This document shows, one piece after another, positions 50,785 through 61,985 of a stretch of DNA of 64,000 nucleotides. The notes under the pieces are model-generated. The model did not search any database and was not told the origin of the DNA. It saw only the letters and a list, made by a program, of their open reading frames with translations. The stretch comes from Phoronis australis (lineage: Eukaryota > Animalia > Phoronida): assembly GCA_002633005.1 (NCBI GenBank), contig NMRA01000765.1, forward strand, positions 1 to 64,000, written 5' to 3'. A program made the position numbers and the translations under genes. The number at the start of each line of letters is the position of its first letter. Position 1 is the first letter of the stretch.

Positions 50785-51818
50785 CTGATTAAATGAAATC
50801 TAATTAACGGCCTGAAGACATAAAATGCGAGACCAAATACACTGCACTAGGAAGTCAAAAGGGTGGGGTATGTTTCACAAAAATGTCAAACTGAAATTTT
50901 TACATAGCCCAGTTTAAATAGTGACTTACAACTGGTCATTAAGTTTCAGATTTTATATATCTCTTTAGATTTTGTGAAAAAACAGGGCAAAGTTATGGCA
51001 CTAAAGTGACACAGGCCCCCCGCATGCTCCTTCGATACAATTTGTCATTTTCCATATGGCATTATAATGTAAAATAGTTAAGCTTGAGAATCACTTTTGC
51101 CACCGAATCGGACCTTTGTCTTTTCTAACAAAATTTTAAGGAACTGTTTTTCAATAAACTAAAACCATACGCCGGGCGTATATATTTCAGAAGATTTAAA
51201 ACTTCTTTCCTCCGCAGACCATTCACCACTAACCTCATTACACGCCGTAGATTCAAACGATCAATCAGCAAATTTTAAAAAATTTCTGACTAAAGTTTTA
51301 AAACTTGGAGGAAACTAGTTTCCAGGCAACACAATTTTTAACCAGTCATATCATTCTTCCCTTGAAAGACAGAATGACTTTACAGCTTTCACTGCACTAC
51401 AACTCAGAGTGAAGTTTGGCCTAGTCACTAAAGTGAAATGTTGCACGCTATTGTCAAATGCGAGCGCTATGAAATTTTTGTGATACATAAGCTCTGTTTA
51501 ATATAAACAGAGATCATGTACCAGGCGAGTGTCACGGTAAATAATCAGCAAGTGGCAAAGCGAACTGTTTCTTAGAGCAAAGTGTGCAATACAGTGAACG
51601 AGAGATGCGATGGAAAGGATTGCCAAGATATCAGTCACTATTCACATAGCCTCGCAGTTTTACGAGATAGCCTAAACATTTCAATTTATTCCAAAATATG
51701 ATTCACCAGCGAAATTTCAGTGATGCAGAAGCTGATTTAACTGTACGTACATGATAACCTTACGCCGAAACGGACAAACTTTGTATCAAATGGGCATCAG
51801 GGCCCTGGGCTGCATAAA

Positions 51819-52110
51819 ACAATAAAAATACATTGCACAATGCCACACTAGTTATGAACTAGGCAGTGTCAGACACAATAAAAATACATTGCACAATGCC
51901 ACACTAGTTATGAACTAGACAGTGTCAGACACAATAAAAATACATTGCACAATGCCACACTAGTTATGAACTAGGCAGTGTCAAACACAATAAAAATACA
52001 TTGCACAATGCCACACTAGTTATGAACTAGGCAGTGTCAAACACAATAAAAATACATTGCACAATGCCACACACATAAGTTATGAACTAGGCAGTGTCAA
52101 ACAGAATAAA
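51819..52110. repeat. 56-bp tandem repeat, ~5 copies
   Basis: acaataaaaatacattgcacaatgccacactagttatgaactaggcagtgtca(g/a)ac repeated five times. Confidence 0.95.
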
Positions 52111-52280
52111 GCAATGTCACTGATGTTATCAGTGCAACATGTAAAACTTTGAAGCAATTCATTTTTCTAAACATTAATTTACCGGCAATAATATCCAACT
52201 GGAAATTGAGATTTCCTCATTCAGTTACAGGTTTATCTTTTATATGTTGCATGATATGGATGAATTATAATCATACTTAC

Positions 52281-52322
52281 CACTGTTGTTGTTGTTGATG
52301 AGGGTGAAGTTCGTTGCTCTGC
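52281..52322 (-). CDS. Gene B stalk micro-exon (AEQRTSPSSTTTTV)
   Basis: 42 nt, phase 0-0. Acceptor ttgttttattaatag, donor gtaagt. Confidence 0.75.
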
Positions 52323-52658
52323 CTATTAATAAAACAAAGTTCAATAAACAGCTTGAAGACACAAAATATGAGATCCAAAAAAACTGCAATTGAAAGGAAA
52401 CACAATGGGGATCTGTTTCCCTAAAATGTCAAAGCTTCATAAATCTTTTTGCACAGCCTTAAGTCTATGACTGGTCATAGTTTTGGCATTTATGTATGTT
52501 TAGAGAACAAGCACTGTAAAGCTATGACATTTAAATGAAACAGCTCCGGTGCCCAGTTGCATAAAGCAGTCCCAAATAGTGACTCAACAAAGCTGTCTAA
52601 ATCAATTGCGTATTTGTATCTTTTTTACTCAAAGTTGACATTTTCTAATAATATATTT

Positions 52659-53948
52659 AACAAGAGCAACACGGAGCATTGAAATGCGCACACGAATGCA
52701 TTGCAAATGGTGTGCTTTTAGGGTGTTTTATTTGTATTATAAAAATGGCCACTATATGGCGCAAAAACGTACAATCCATCCAAAAACAGGAACGTGCCAT
52801 ATTTCTTAAAAATCTGTCAAGGAACTTCAGAGAAAAGAAGGAAAACAAAATAAAATGAAATTGCCACTAGTGGGCACAGTGTCCCTTGGATCCGCCTGAA
52901 AGTCGTTGTCGTCTGTTGCTATCTTTATATAAATACACTAAATTTAGTAAAGATCCTGTGGTAGGTTTAGGAGATACAACTAAGGGTGCAAAACAAAACT
53001 ACCACTAGGAGGCGCCACAGTAGTAAGTCACCATCATCAAAGGTCGTTTTTACACTGAGAACATATATGCCAATTTTCAAATGATTTGGTTGATAGAGGG
53101 GTGGACACCAAAAACAAGACTTGAAAACAGCGAAAATGACCACTAGGTGGTGCAACTTGAAATAACTCGATTCCATCCAAAAACAGGAAGATAGCGTCAC
53201 CACACGAATAGATGACTATATTTAAAATTTTATGAAAATCTGTAGAGGACCATTGAAGATACTGAGTTAAACATAAAAAAACTAAAATTTCCACAAGGGA
53301 GGACACTGGCAGTCGGATCTGTCCAAAAGTCGTAGACATCCATTGTTAACATCATATATACTTACTAAATTTCGTAAAGATCCTGCGAACGGTTTAGGAG
53401 ATACAGCCATAGGCACAAAAAACAAAACTGCCACTAGGAGGTGCCACAGTAGTCGAAATCGTCGGAAAATCATCGTCAACTGTCCTTTTCATAGTAAGCA
53501 CATCCATATTAATTTTCAAAATCATCCTTTGAGTGGTTTGATTGATAGAGGGTAGACGCAAAAAACCAGACTCGAAAACAGTAAAAATGGCCATTAGGTG
53601 GCACAAACTAAGTCGAATCCATCTGAAAACTGGAGGATAGCGTCATCTCACTAATAGGTGCCTACATACTAAATTTCATAAAAATCTGTTCAGGACTTTT
53701 GAACATACAAAAGTAAGCGTAAAAAACTAAAATTGCCACTAGGGAAAACACCGGTAGTCAGATCCGTCCGAAAGTTCGCTCATGCCGTCCCACGCATGAA
53801 CGGAACATATGTGCCAAATTTCATGAACGTATGTCAAAAGCTTTTGGAGATACAGCAGCGAATGCCGGACGGACGCCGTCCGGACGGACAGACGGAGATG
53901 ATGGCATAATGCGTCCACATAATATATAAATATGTGGGCACATCAAAA
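52659..53948 (-). mobile_element. Full-length DINE/HINE-like element
   Basis: aacaagagcaacacggagcattgaaatgcgc ... (ggac)n ... atgcgtccacat..atatgtgggcacat. Confidence 0.8.
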
Positions 53949-54781
53949 CTAATCCCTGAATTTAGTGAAAATATGAATAGGGACTTGAATTAGAGGAGTT
54001 GCATGAAAAGATCCCATTTATTTTCAAAAAAAAAATTGAGAATTCAACAATGAGTTTACTCTTGATTTGCATCAAAGTCAAAAACTGACTAAGTAACGAA
54101 ACTAAAAACAGTATATGAGAAAAAACAGTCGATGTTTTCATAAGTCCATAAATATGTACTAGATTTAGGGAATATAATTGAATGTATAATGAGCACCCAT
54201 TTGGGATTGTTTCATGCAACCAGGCAATGGGCTACATAAAATATTTAGAACCATAAAAACATATTCTATAACACGCATTATTTTTAAAGGCAACGTGGCA
54301 AGTGAAAAAACAATGTCCTTTAAAAACACAACCAAACTCGTCAATGCTAGAATTACTGCTGTTTGAACGTGCATCACGGGCAATGTGAAGACAATGTCCT
54401 TTTCAAATTGATACTTTTAGGGCAAACCTAATAGACTCAGAAATGTTTTATTGAATAGTTTTAAAGCTGTTTTGGTAACAGAAACTGCATGATATGGAAT
54501 ATTACGAGTCCAGTTATATGGGAGTAAAAAGCACAATTTGATTTCTAATTTGTTATTAGCCAGCTAAACAATGTGCAATGCAGCTGTATATATGGCAATA
54601 ATGAATTCACCAGTTCCATGCTTCTGTTGACAAGGAAATTTAATACAATACCTTGCTGCTCCTTGTTTTGTAAAGTCCTCATTTATTGGCAATAGAACCC
54701 AAGTGTGGATCAAAACTTCATTCAATTACAGATTTATTTCTTCTATGCTGTGCGGTATTTATGAATTTTAATCTTAATTAC

Positions 54782-54811
54782 ATGCAGTGTTGTTGAAGTT
54801 GTGGCATGCTG
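54782..54811 (-). CDS. Gene B stalk micro-exon (QHATTSTTLH), with a NAGNAG acceptor
   Basis: 30 nt (or 27 nt), phase 0-0. Donor gtaatt. Diverged flanks match the other cassettes (tgaattttaatc..ttac; aacagcc...cttggaagg..aaaaggg..tgtttcac). Confidence 0.6.
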
Positions 54812-55574
54812 CTGGGCAAAATTTAATTGAAACAGCCCAAAAAGACAAATTCTAACAACAAATACAAAGCAAATTACAACTTGGAAGGTAAAAGGGAAAG
54901 GCCGTGTTTCACAAATTGAAATTTCAAAACTTTATGACTTTTAATACAGGCAAGTTTAAACAGACTTATAATAGGTCACACTTTTGGCATTTACTAGACA
55001 ATGTCAATGATATTGTAAAGTTATGTCATTTAAGTGTAATAGGCCCCCATTAGCTGTATAAAACTGTAAAACATAATATTATGCAAGGTGCCATTGTAAA
55101 GGCAAAGTGACATGTGCTAATGCAATGTCATTGTTAGTATTCAACATTGGATAAAAGTTTTATACAGCCAGACCAAGAGGTACCAAACAATTTGCCCTAA
55201 ATTAAAGGAACACTTTCCCCGCTGCTTTAAGCTTTTAATGTAATCGAAGTGGTTTTTTGGATAATTCTTAAATTGTAGTATTTCTTTGACTAAAATGGCT
55301 CTAACTTATCTTTTTTTGTGAGGAATTGAAATTTCAGAAGCCAAATAGTTTGAGACATCACCAGTTTAATTCCTCAACATATCAATTATTATTAGCCAGA
55401 TCGAGTTTTATTGACATGAATTAGCCATTGCTGTTACAGTAATTACTCTACTCCATACAATGTGACCTTAGATCAGATTTCCTATTCATCTTCTTAAAGA
55501 CTGATAAAGTACAATGTGTCCCAGTCTTAGGTGGTTGCCAACACACTGAGGTATCAATAGGACACACTGTCTAC

Positions 55575-55610
55575 GTCTCTGATGGTCACTGTAGTTAGAC
55601 TGTCCAGTCT
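55575..55610 (-). CDS. Possible gene B micro-exon (RLDSLTTVTIRD)
   Basis: 36 nt, phase 0-0. Weak acceptor (ctatatatag) and weak donor (gtagac). Confidence 0.3.
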
Positions 55611-55739
55611 CTATATATAGTCACTTAAACATCAAGATATCAGAAGGAATAGCATAAGGCTTCTAACCCATTGTTTATACCTAAGATTAGAATTAATAAG
55701 CATCAATTCAAATTCAACATAACTGGTAATTATACATAC

Positions 55740-55948
55740 CAGTCCAGCCTGTGTGGTCAAACCACTAGAGGTGACCCCTGTGAGTCCAGAACGGAAGCTT
55801 CCATTGACCTTCAAGTATTGCTGGGTGTCAAGGGTCATGGGGCCGTAGTTGAGCTTCAGCCCTGCCCTGATGTCATTTTCCAGGTTAGTTATGGCAGAGC
55901 TCACGGAGACAGAGCTGCCGGACATCACAAACGTGAAAACAACACCTC
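55740..55948 (-). CDS. Gene B SEA-like C-half exon, copy 2 (GGVVFTFVMSG...TTQAGL)
   Basis: 209 nt, phase 1 to 0. Acceptor ctctccctgctcttgcag, donor gtatgt. Clear paralog of 59427-59635. Confidence 0.8.
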
Positions 55949-57214
55949 CTGCAAGAGCAGGGAGAGACAGGTGAACAGACAGACAACTGACCTGCGAACC
56001 AATCAAGAGACAACGTCTTGTCAGAAGTTATTGAACCGGAGTGAATTTATTTCTTATGTTAATTCTTAATCTAATTAGCATATATATAGAACAGCATGGC
56101 CTGTACTTTTCAGTTGTCACATCCGCATCTGGTAAAAATTTGAAAAAAGCAGCAATAAAGTAAAAATATTGAAAAATAAGTAAAATGTCAAATTTGGCAA
56201 TCTTACGTTTTTGTGCAAAGTAACGGTCTGAAGAATGACTTTACTCTTACATGGCTTCAAGGCTTGGGAACAACTGGCAATATGGTAGTCCTTCAGCAAA
56301 CGCATGGTAAGTTTGCATCACGTTGCAGGCTATTTTCTGCACTGATGGCACCAGGAAAAATAAACTAGGAAGACATACAGCAAAAACTTGCTCGCTTTCA
56401 AAATGGAGAGGCACACAATACCCAAAAAAGGAAACCACTGTAAAGCAGTCATAACTGCTACAGATAAAGCTGATATTTTGCAAAGGGTGTGGTTCACACA
56501 CCAAAGGCCTTTGAAATTGACATATGATGTCAAGGAAAGTATTGATCTTTATGAGCCTTGCTCTTAGTCATACAACTGTAACAATTAGCCTATATAAGTA
56601 AACATAGCTCAACAAAGGAGAATCACAAATGAAGAGATTTGGTGAAAAACTGGGCATGAGAAGGTAGAGACTCAGATAAAGCGGTGAAAATGCATTACGG
56701 TGTTCTGTCATTTGGTAACGTTTCCAGACGTTAGGGGTGCTGAACGTGCGATAACATCTGGCTTTTTTGTTAACTGCCCAGATCAATCTTTTGTCCCGCA
56801 CGATAACAAGCAGGCCAATTATCTCCCAGGCTTCAAAGGAAACGTAATTTGTGGTTGCACGCTACTACCGAAAGCGTATGAACACAGTCAAACCCAGTGC
56901 GTCCGTTTGGGCAGAATAGATTGTCTTAACTTCTGTTTTAGATGGGAGATTTTGGTGATTAACGGAACATGATCAGCATTTGACGTGGAATTCAGAAATG
57001 CTATTGGTTTAAGCTCAAATATGTTATAACTTAACTTTCATTTTTATCAGCCCAGCCCAGTCAGTCTAGATACGATCTGATCAGAGATTAGAGCAATTAC
57101 CGAACAAAAGAGAGCAGGCCCTTCAACCATAAATGCCACAATGGAGTTAACCAGTCGTGTAAGATATTGGCTACAGGGGTAAACTTCCCAACTTGTTGTT
57201 GGGCTATAGAATCG

Positions 57215-57500
57215 AACAAGTTGGGAGCAACGAGATGTCACCGCCATGGGAGATGGGTGGGACACACCCTCAGAAAAGCTGATGAAAGCATCACAAAACA
57301 GTGTCCTGGAACACACAGGGAAGTCGTCGACGAGGCAGACCAGTCCAAACGTGGAGGAGGACAATGGAAGCCGAACTACGTGAAACCGGATACAACATGC
57401 AGCAAATAAGACAGATGGTGAAAAACAGGATTCGATGGCATTCGGTCACAGAGGCCCTATCCACCACGGGGTGGCAAGGGTTTTAAGTCAAGTAAGTCAG
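57215..57500 (+). mobile_element. 3' end of an RTE-like LINE
   Basis: RWVGHTLRK..SITKQ / WNTQGSRRRGRPVQTWRRTMEAEL...NRIRWHSVTEAL, followed by a taagtcaagtaagtc tail. Confidence 0.75.
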
Positions 57501-58462
57501 CTCAAAAAAGGGTTCATGGTTCTGGCTGAGTAGATAATTATTTTATTACCCCTATGGGGTTGAACAGCAAAACCCTGAATGCACTTTTGGTGACAACGCA
57601 GCTTGGGATTACGACATCACAGTTCAAATATTTTTTGTTCATGTTATTTTAGAACTTGGTTTTTGAGTGTCATTTCAACTTTGAGGAAATATAGAACATA
57701 GGGTGTTATGACCAAAAATGCTGTAAAGTGCTTATTTATCGGTGCCATGTTTTGAAGCTTTCAGGGTAGATGTGCATAGTTCATATTGTTTTATATTTTA
57801 CAATTCCAATTATCATGTTGAGGTAGGTATTTTCCAGGTACAGCATTTCAAGTGAAAATAGTTTGAAATTTTTGTATTCGGCCACCTTCATCACGTCTGA
57901 CTTTTAACTCGGATCCTGAATCACAAACATTTTGTAGTCCAGTCAATTAAACACTGACATTGGACAGATTACAGGCCATTGCATCAATTGAATTTGACAC
58001 AAAGCTATCAACACAAATTTACAAAAAAAAAACAAGAAATCAAACAATATACTTTTGTTTGGTATTTGGTGAAACTGAGCCGTACTGCTGTATGATAGTG
58101 TCATTAAAATGTGGTTCGTTATCTCCCATGAAATTGAGGACTAACTAGGTAAAGAACAGGTAGTACCCGACTTGCCAATCAGCGCATTTGTCAGGCATTA
58201 GTCATTGAAAGGCACTGCTGGCAGCGAACAATTCAACAAGTTTAAGTCAAACTACATAACTGTCAAGTTAGAAACTCGGTCAGTTCTAAATATCTGCATT
58301 TTGCTACACAATGTCAACGTATCTTATGTATTTGTTCCATTCAAAAGGCACAAGACCTATGAAGCATAGTCTAGCGTCTATGCATATGACAGTAATAATT
58401 GTAACTCAGTCAGCCAAACTAATTCCTTTAATTTTTAGGTCATTCATTTAACAGTCCCTCAC

Positions 58463-58532
58463 CTGTAGCTCCACCAAAGATTTCTTGCAGTCCTGGTGTT
58501 CTATCTCCACGGGGATATGGCTTATTTGGTCT
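58463..58532 (-). CDS. Gene B linker exon (RPNKPYPRGDRTPGLQEIFGGAT)
   Basis: 70 nt, phase 0 to 1, exactly the phase needed to join the two SEA-like exons. Acceptor tttctgttttgtag, donor gtgagg. Confidence 0.65.
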
Positions 58533-58797
58533 CTACAAAACAGAAATTTCAAGGCATAATGACTCGCCTTCATGAAATACTAATTTTAGATTATAAGGTA
58601 CTAGTTTGGACTGATTACCCTCCTTGCATTGGACAATGTGTGTTTTTTTAAATCAATTACACTGTATTTCAATACCTCTGTTACTAAGGGTCTTGTTTTA
58701 ATTGCATTTTAAGTACTAAATGCAAGAAAACAATATTTTTCAAATATTCTAAATCATGGAAACATATCGATGTGCATGAGTAAGTTTTTGCAGACAC

Positions 58798-59313
58798 CAG
58801 GGCTTGGAATGACCAATGACAAAAAACGCGGAAACTTTGAAACTTTTACGGCCCAAATCATGCCCGATAAACAGTCTTGAAATGGTCAATGTAAAACTTT
58901 CCCCGACAGAAATCGGGAGGACTAAAAAAAATTTTAAAAAAACGTTACCACCATCAGTAGCATGCGTCTGCGTCCTTTTAGCTCGCCCGTCCACTCCCAA
59001 CCCACACATTTTTGGCTGAAGAGCAGTAGTATTTGCCGCTGCGCTTAACAATAACACGAGACGCCATTGAAAATCTCCCATTACGCTGTCCCAGATGCCC
59101 CGGCAATGTTGACAATTTACGTTCCTCCGAAACATAAAGAGCAACTTCCGCTTTTCGAGGTGAACGTCATCTGCAACGCCGCGGTAAGAAAGGAATTTGC
59201 CGCGGAAATTCATATCAAATCCGATTTTTTTACGCGGAAATATTATAAAAAAAGCGGAAAGCACATTTGAAAAAAGCGGAAATCTGCATTTCCGCGGAAA
59301 ATTCCAAGCCCTG
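58798..59313. mobile_element. CAGGGCTTGGAA-TIR MITE, copy 2, with 6-bp TSD AGACAC
   Basis: agacac|cagggcttggaa ... ttccaagccctg|agacac. Confidence 0.85.
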
Positions 59314-59426
59314 AGACACGCTGGAGTCTTTTCTAGATATTGTATTTTTTAGGGAGATCGTCATAACTTCCAGATGTGAAATTTTCACAGGAACTGGCAA
59401 ATTCAATATAGCCGGTAATTACATAC

Positions 59427-59635
59427 CAGTGTGGCATGTGTTGTCAAACCACTAGAGGTGACTCCTGTGAGTTCAGAATAGAAGCTTCTGTCGACTTTCA
59501 AGTATGGCTGGGCATCAAAGGTCATGGAACCATAGCTGAGCTTCAGTCCTGCCTTGATGTCATTAGCCAGATTGGTGATGGCAGAGTTAACAGAAACTTT
59601 GCTGCCGGACATTGCAAAGGTGACAACAACACTTC
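59427..59635 (-). CDS. Gene B SEA-like C-half exon, copy 1 (GSVVVTFAMSG...TTHATL)
   Basis: 209 nt, phase 1 to 0. Acceptor ctttttgttcctacag, donor gtatgt. Starts (x)GA-AGT-GTT-GTT-GTC, which reads GSVVV if the upstream exon ends in G. Confidence 0.8.
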
Positions 59636-59924
59636 CTGTAGGAACAAAAAGCGATGGGGTTGACAGGTGAACAAGTTCAAGTTAGACCACTTTCTAATAA
59701 ACTAAGGTGAATTTATTCCTGATGATAATTCCTCACCTACTTAGGACCAGCAGAATACGTACATAACCTGTATTTTACAGTCACTATGTAACAGCACCTG
59801 GCAAGAATTATATGCAGCAAGAAAGTAAGCATTGGAAAAAGGTAAATAACAATTTTGACAATCACTTTAGTGCAAAATAACAATCTGAAGAATGACCATG
59901 TCCTGAACACATCCACTACCACAA

Positions 59925-61265
59925 CACGGTTGAGAAACAACATGACCGCCGGTCCTCTAAATCGGACCGACTCACCCAAAACAGGACTGAAGCACCTAAA
60001 AACATGACCGCCCCACCACAAAACAGGACCGCCGGGGACTGAATAGTTAAGGCCTTTGTCTGATACTAACTGACGTAACCAGTCAGATAGCTGTGTAAAG
60101 ACTATCGCCAAAATAAAGCTTGACAGCTAAGCATTATTGAGCTCCGTTACATCCCCTAAATTTCCCACAGCCCGGGTAGTTCTGCTATTCAGCTTGTCGT
60201 GAAACTTACATCAACATGTAGTAGAGCGCGCGAACGGCGCAGGCACATGCAAAATCTAGGCGTCAACCAACACTCACCTTGCAGGTTGCAACCGCTTGAG
60301 TGAAAAACAATCTATGAACTATTGTAACAATAAGTCTGTCGTGACATGTGTACGCGCCATTTCCTCAGAAAAATTTTGCAACTTCTTTCGGAAGATGATG
60401 ACAACTTCGCGGCAACAAGATTTGTTCTGAAATTCGGTTTGCTGGTATTAAAATACTAAAAACTTATAACGAAATGAAACCAGTTTCGATAATTTGTTGT
60501 GCCAGGTACGCAACGTTGTAGAAGAACAGTTGACTGAGGAATCGGGGGAAAAGAACCGACCAATGTAAGCCCACTTAAGAGAACACAGAATAACGACAGA
60601 ACGGCAATTTCTCTCGAGCGCCGATGAAATAATTTAGTTTACTCGCTGGGTGAAGATTTTACATGTTCAGTTTTTTACCCACATTGGCGCAAAGCTGCAT
60701 ATTTAGTATATAGCTTTGCCGCAGAAAGGCAGCTAGTATGATGATGCTTCACCCGAGAACCAGAACGCCCGTTTTTACTTGACTAACTTTAAACGTCAAA
60801 TTGGAGAAAATGATTTTCATTTTGTTCTAAAACTTGCGCAGTGGATAAAATTATAATTATTTAGCTCAAAAGCGTACAACATGGCTGTTTTGTGTTAGAT
60901 TTATTAAATGTTGACTTTTCAACTGTTTATAAGTCACATACCGCAGCCGGGAGCCTGGTGATGAGTAAAACTCAAAAGCGCCGCGTATTGCCAAGCGAAG
61001 TGTCCTCTGTTGCGCACAAAAGATTTTGGTGGATTAATCGGCACTAGACCTGCATATGCATACATATATAGCCCCATTGTATGATCTGTGTAGGCCTAAC
61101 GGTAATAAATCTTAGCCCGTTAGTCATTGCGGTTTTAGTCCCCGGCGGTCCTGTTTTGTGGTGGGGCGGTCATGTTCTTAGGTGCGTCAGTCCCATTTTC
61201 TGGTGCAGCAGTCCCATTTGATCCCCGAAGGTCCTGTTTAGAGGTCATGTTGTTTCTCACCCGTG
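59925..61265. mobile_element. Non-autonomous CAC...GTG element with ~120-bp imperfect TIRs and 5-bp TSD (Transib-like)
   Basis: cacaa|cacggttgagaaacaacatgacc ... ggtcatgttgtttctcacccgtg|cacaa. Confidence 0.7.
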
Positions 61266-61518
61266 CACAAGAAACTGTAGGAACACCATATTTATCCACC
61301 TTCACTGTTATCAGGCTTCTATTGTGATTCAGCATGCGTGAATAATTGGCTGATAAGCCACCTATGGAACTACTTTTGGCTGAATGGATGACCCAGCCAT
61401 AAAATGATAAATAGACAAGACCTGTTAACTAATGCAGCAAAGAATAATGTCCTAGCATCACCTAGCCTTGGTGGAAAGCTGTATACTGTATTGGCTCAAA
61501 CAAACGATTATTGTAGCC

Positions 61519-61985
61519 TAAGGCAGTTAAAACCCGGTTTCCGAAACGGGTAAGATTGGAAACTAGGATTCATCAAATTTACGCTCTGTGACGTATTTGT
61601 AGCCTATGACAGTCTTTCTACAAAATTGTGGTGCATTGCGATCAAACTCCATTGTTAAATTACGATCATTTTTCAAAAAATTGTGCTGAGATCCTAGGGC
61701 GAAAACTTGCCGACTGATACGTCGCTGAATCGCAATCGTCAATAGGAAAACTTGAATTCTTGAATAAAAATAGGGTTTCGACTCAACAAATTACCTGAAA
61801 TCTTCCTTATGCTTTACAATTTTTAAAGTTCATGTGGACTCCAGATTAATTGCGATTAAGTCCAAATCTGCGCTACATTGTACCCCACAACACGAGAAAA
61901 ATCTCTGGATGAACACACACGTTGTTGTCACGTGAAGTTTGTTTTGAAGTTTGTCTGCATATGAGAGTGAGTGCGCGTGCGGGTC
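61519..61985. repeat. Dispersed repeat, paralog of 6621-7115
   Basis: Direct similarity over ~480 bp. Confidence 0.7.

Larger units (their letters stand above)
46770..51825. repeat. Near-identical tandem duplication: 46770-48445 versus 48696-49157 plus 50697-51825
   Basis: Direct sequence identity by eye. The second copy has a ~1.5-kb insert. A single N lies at 48695. Confidence 0.85.

Noticed and set aside
51819-52110. CRISPR-like appearance of the 56-bp repeats (also the 20-bp repeats at ~20326-20452)
   Set aside because: Head-to-tail units with no unique spacers, no cas genes, and a eukaryotic intron context.
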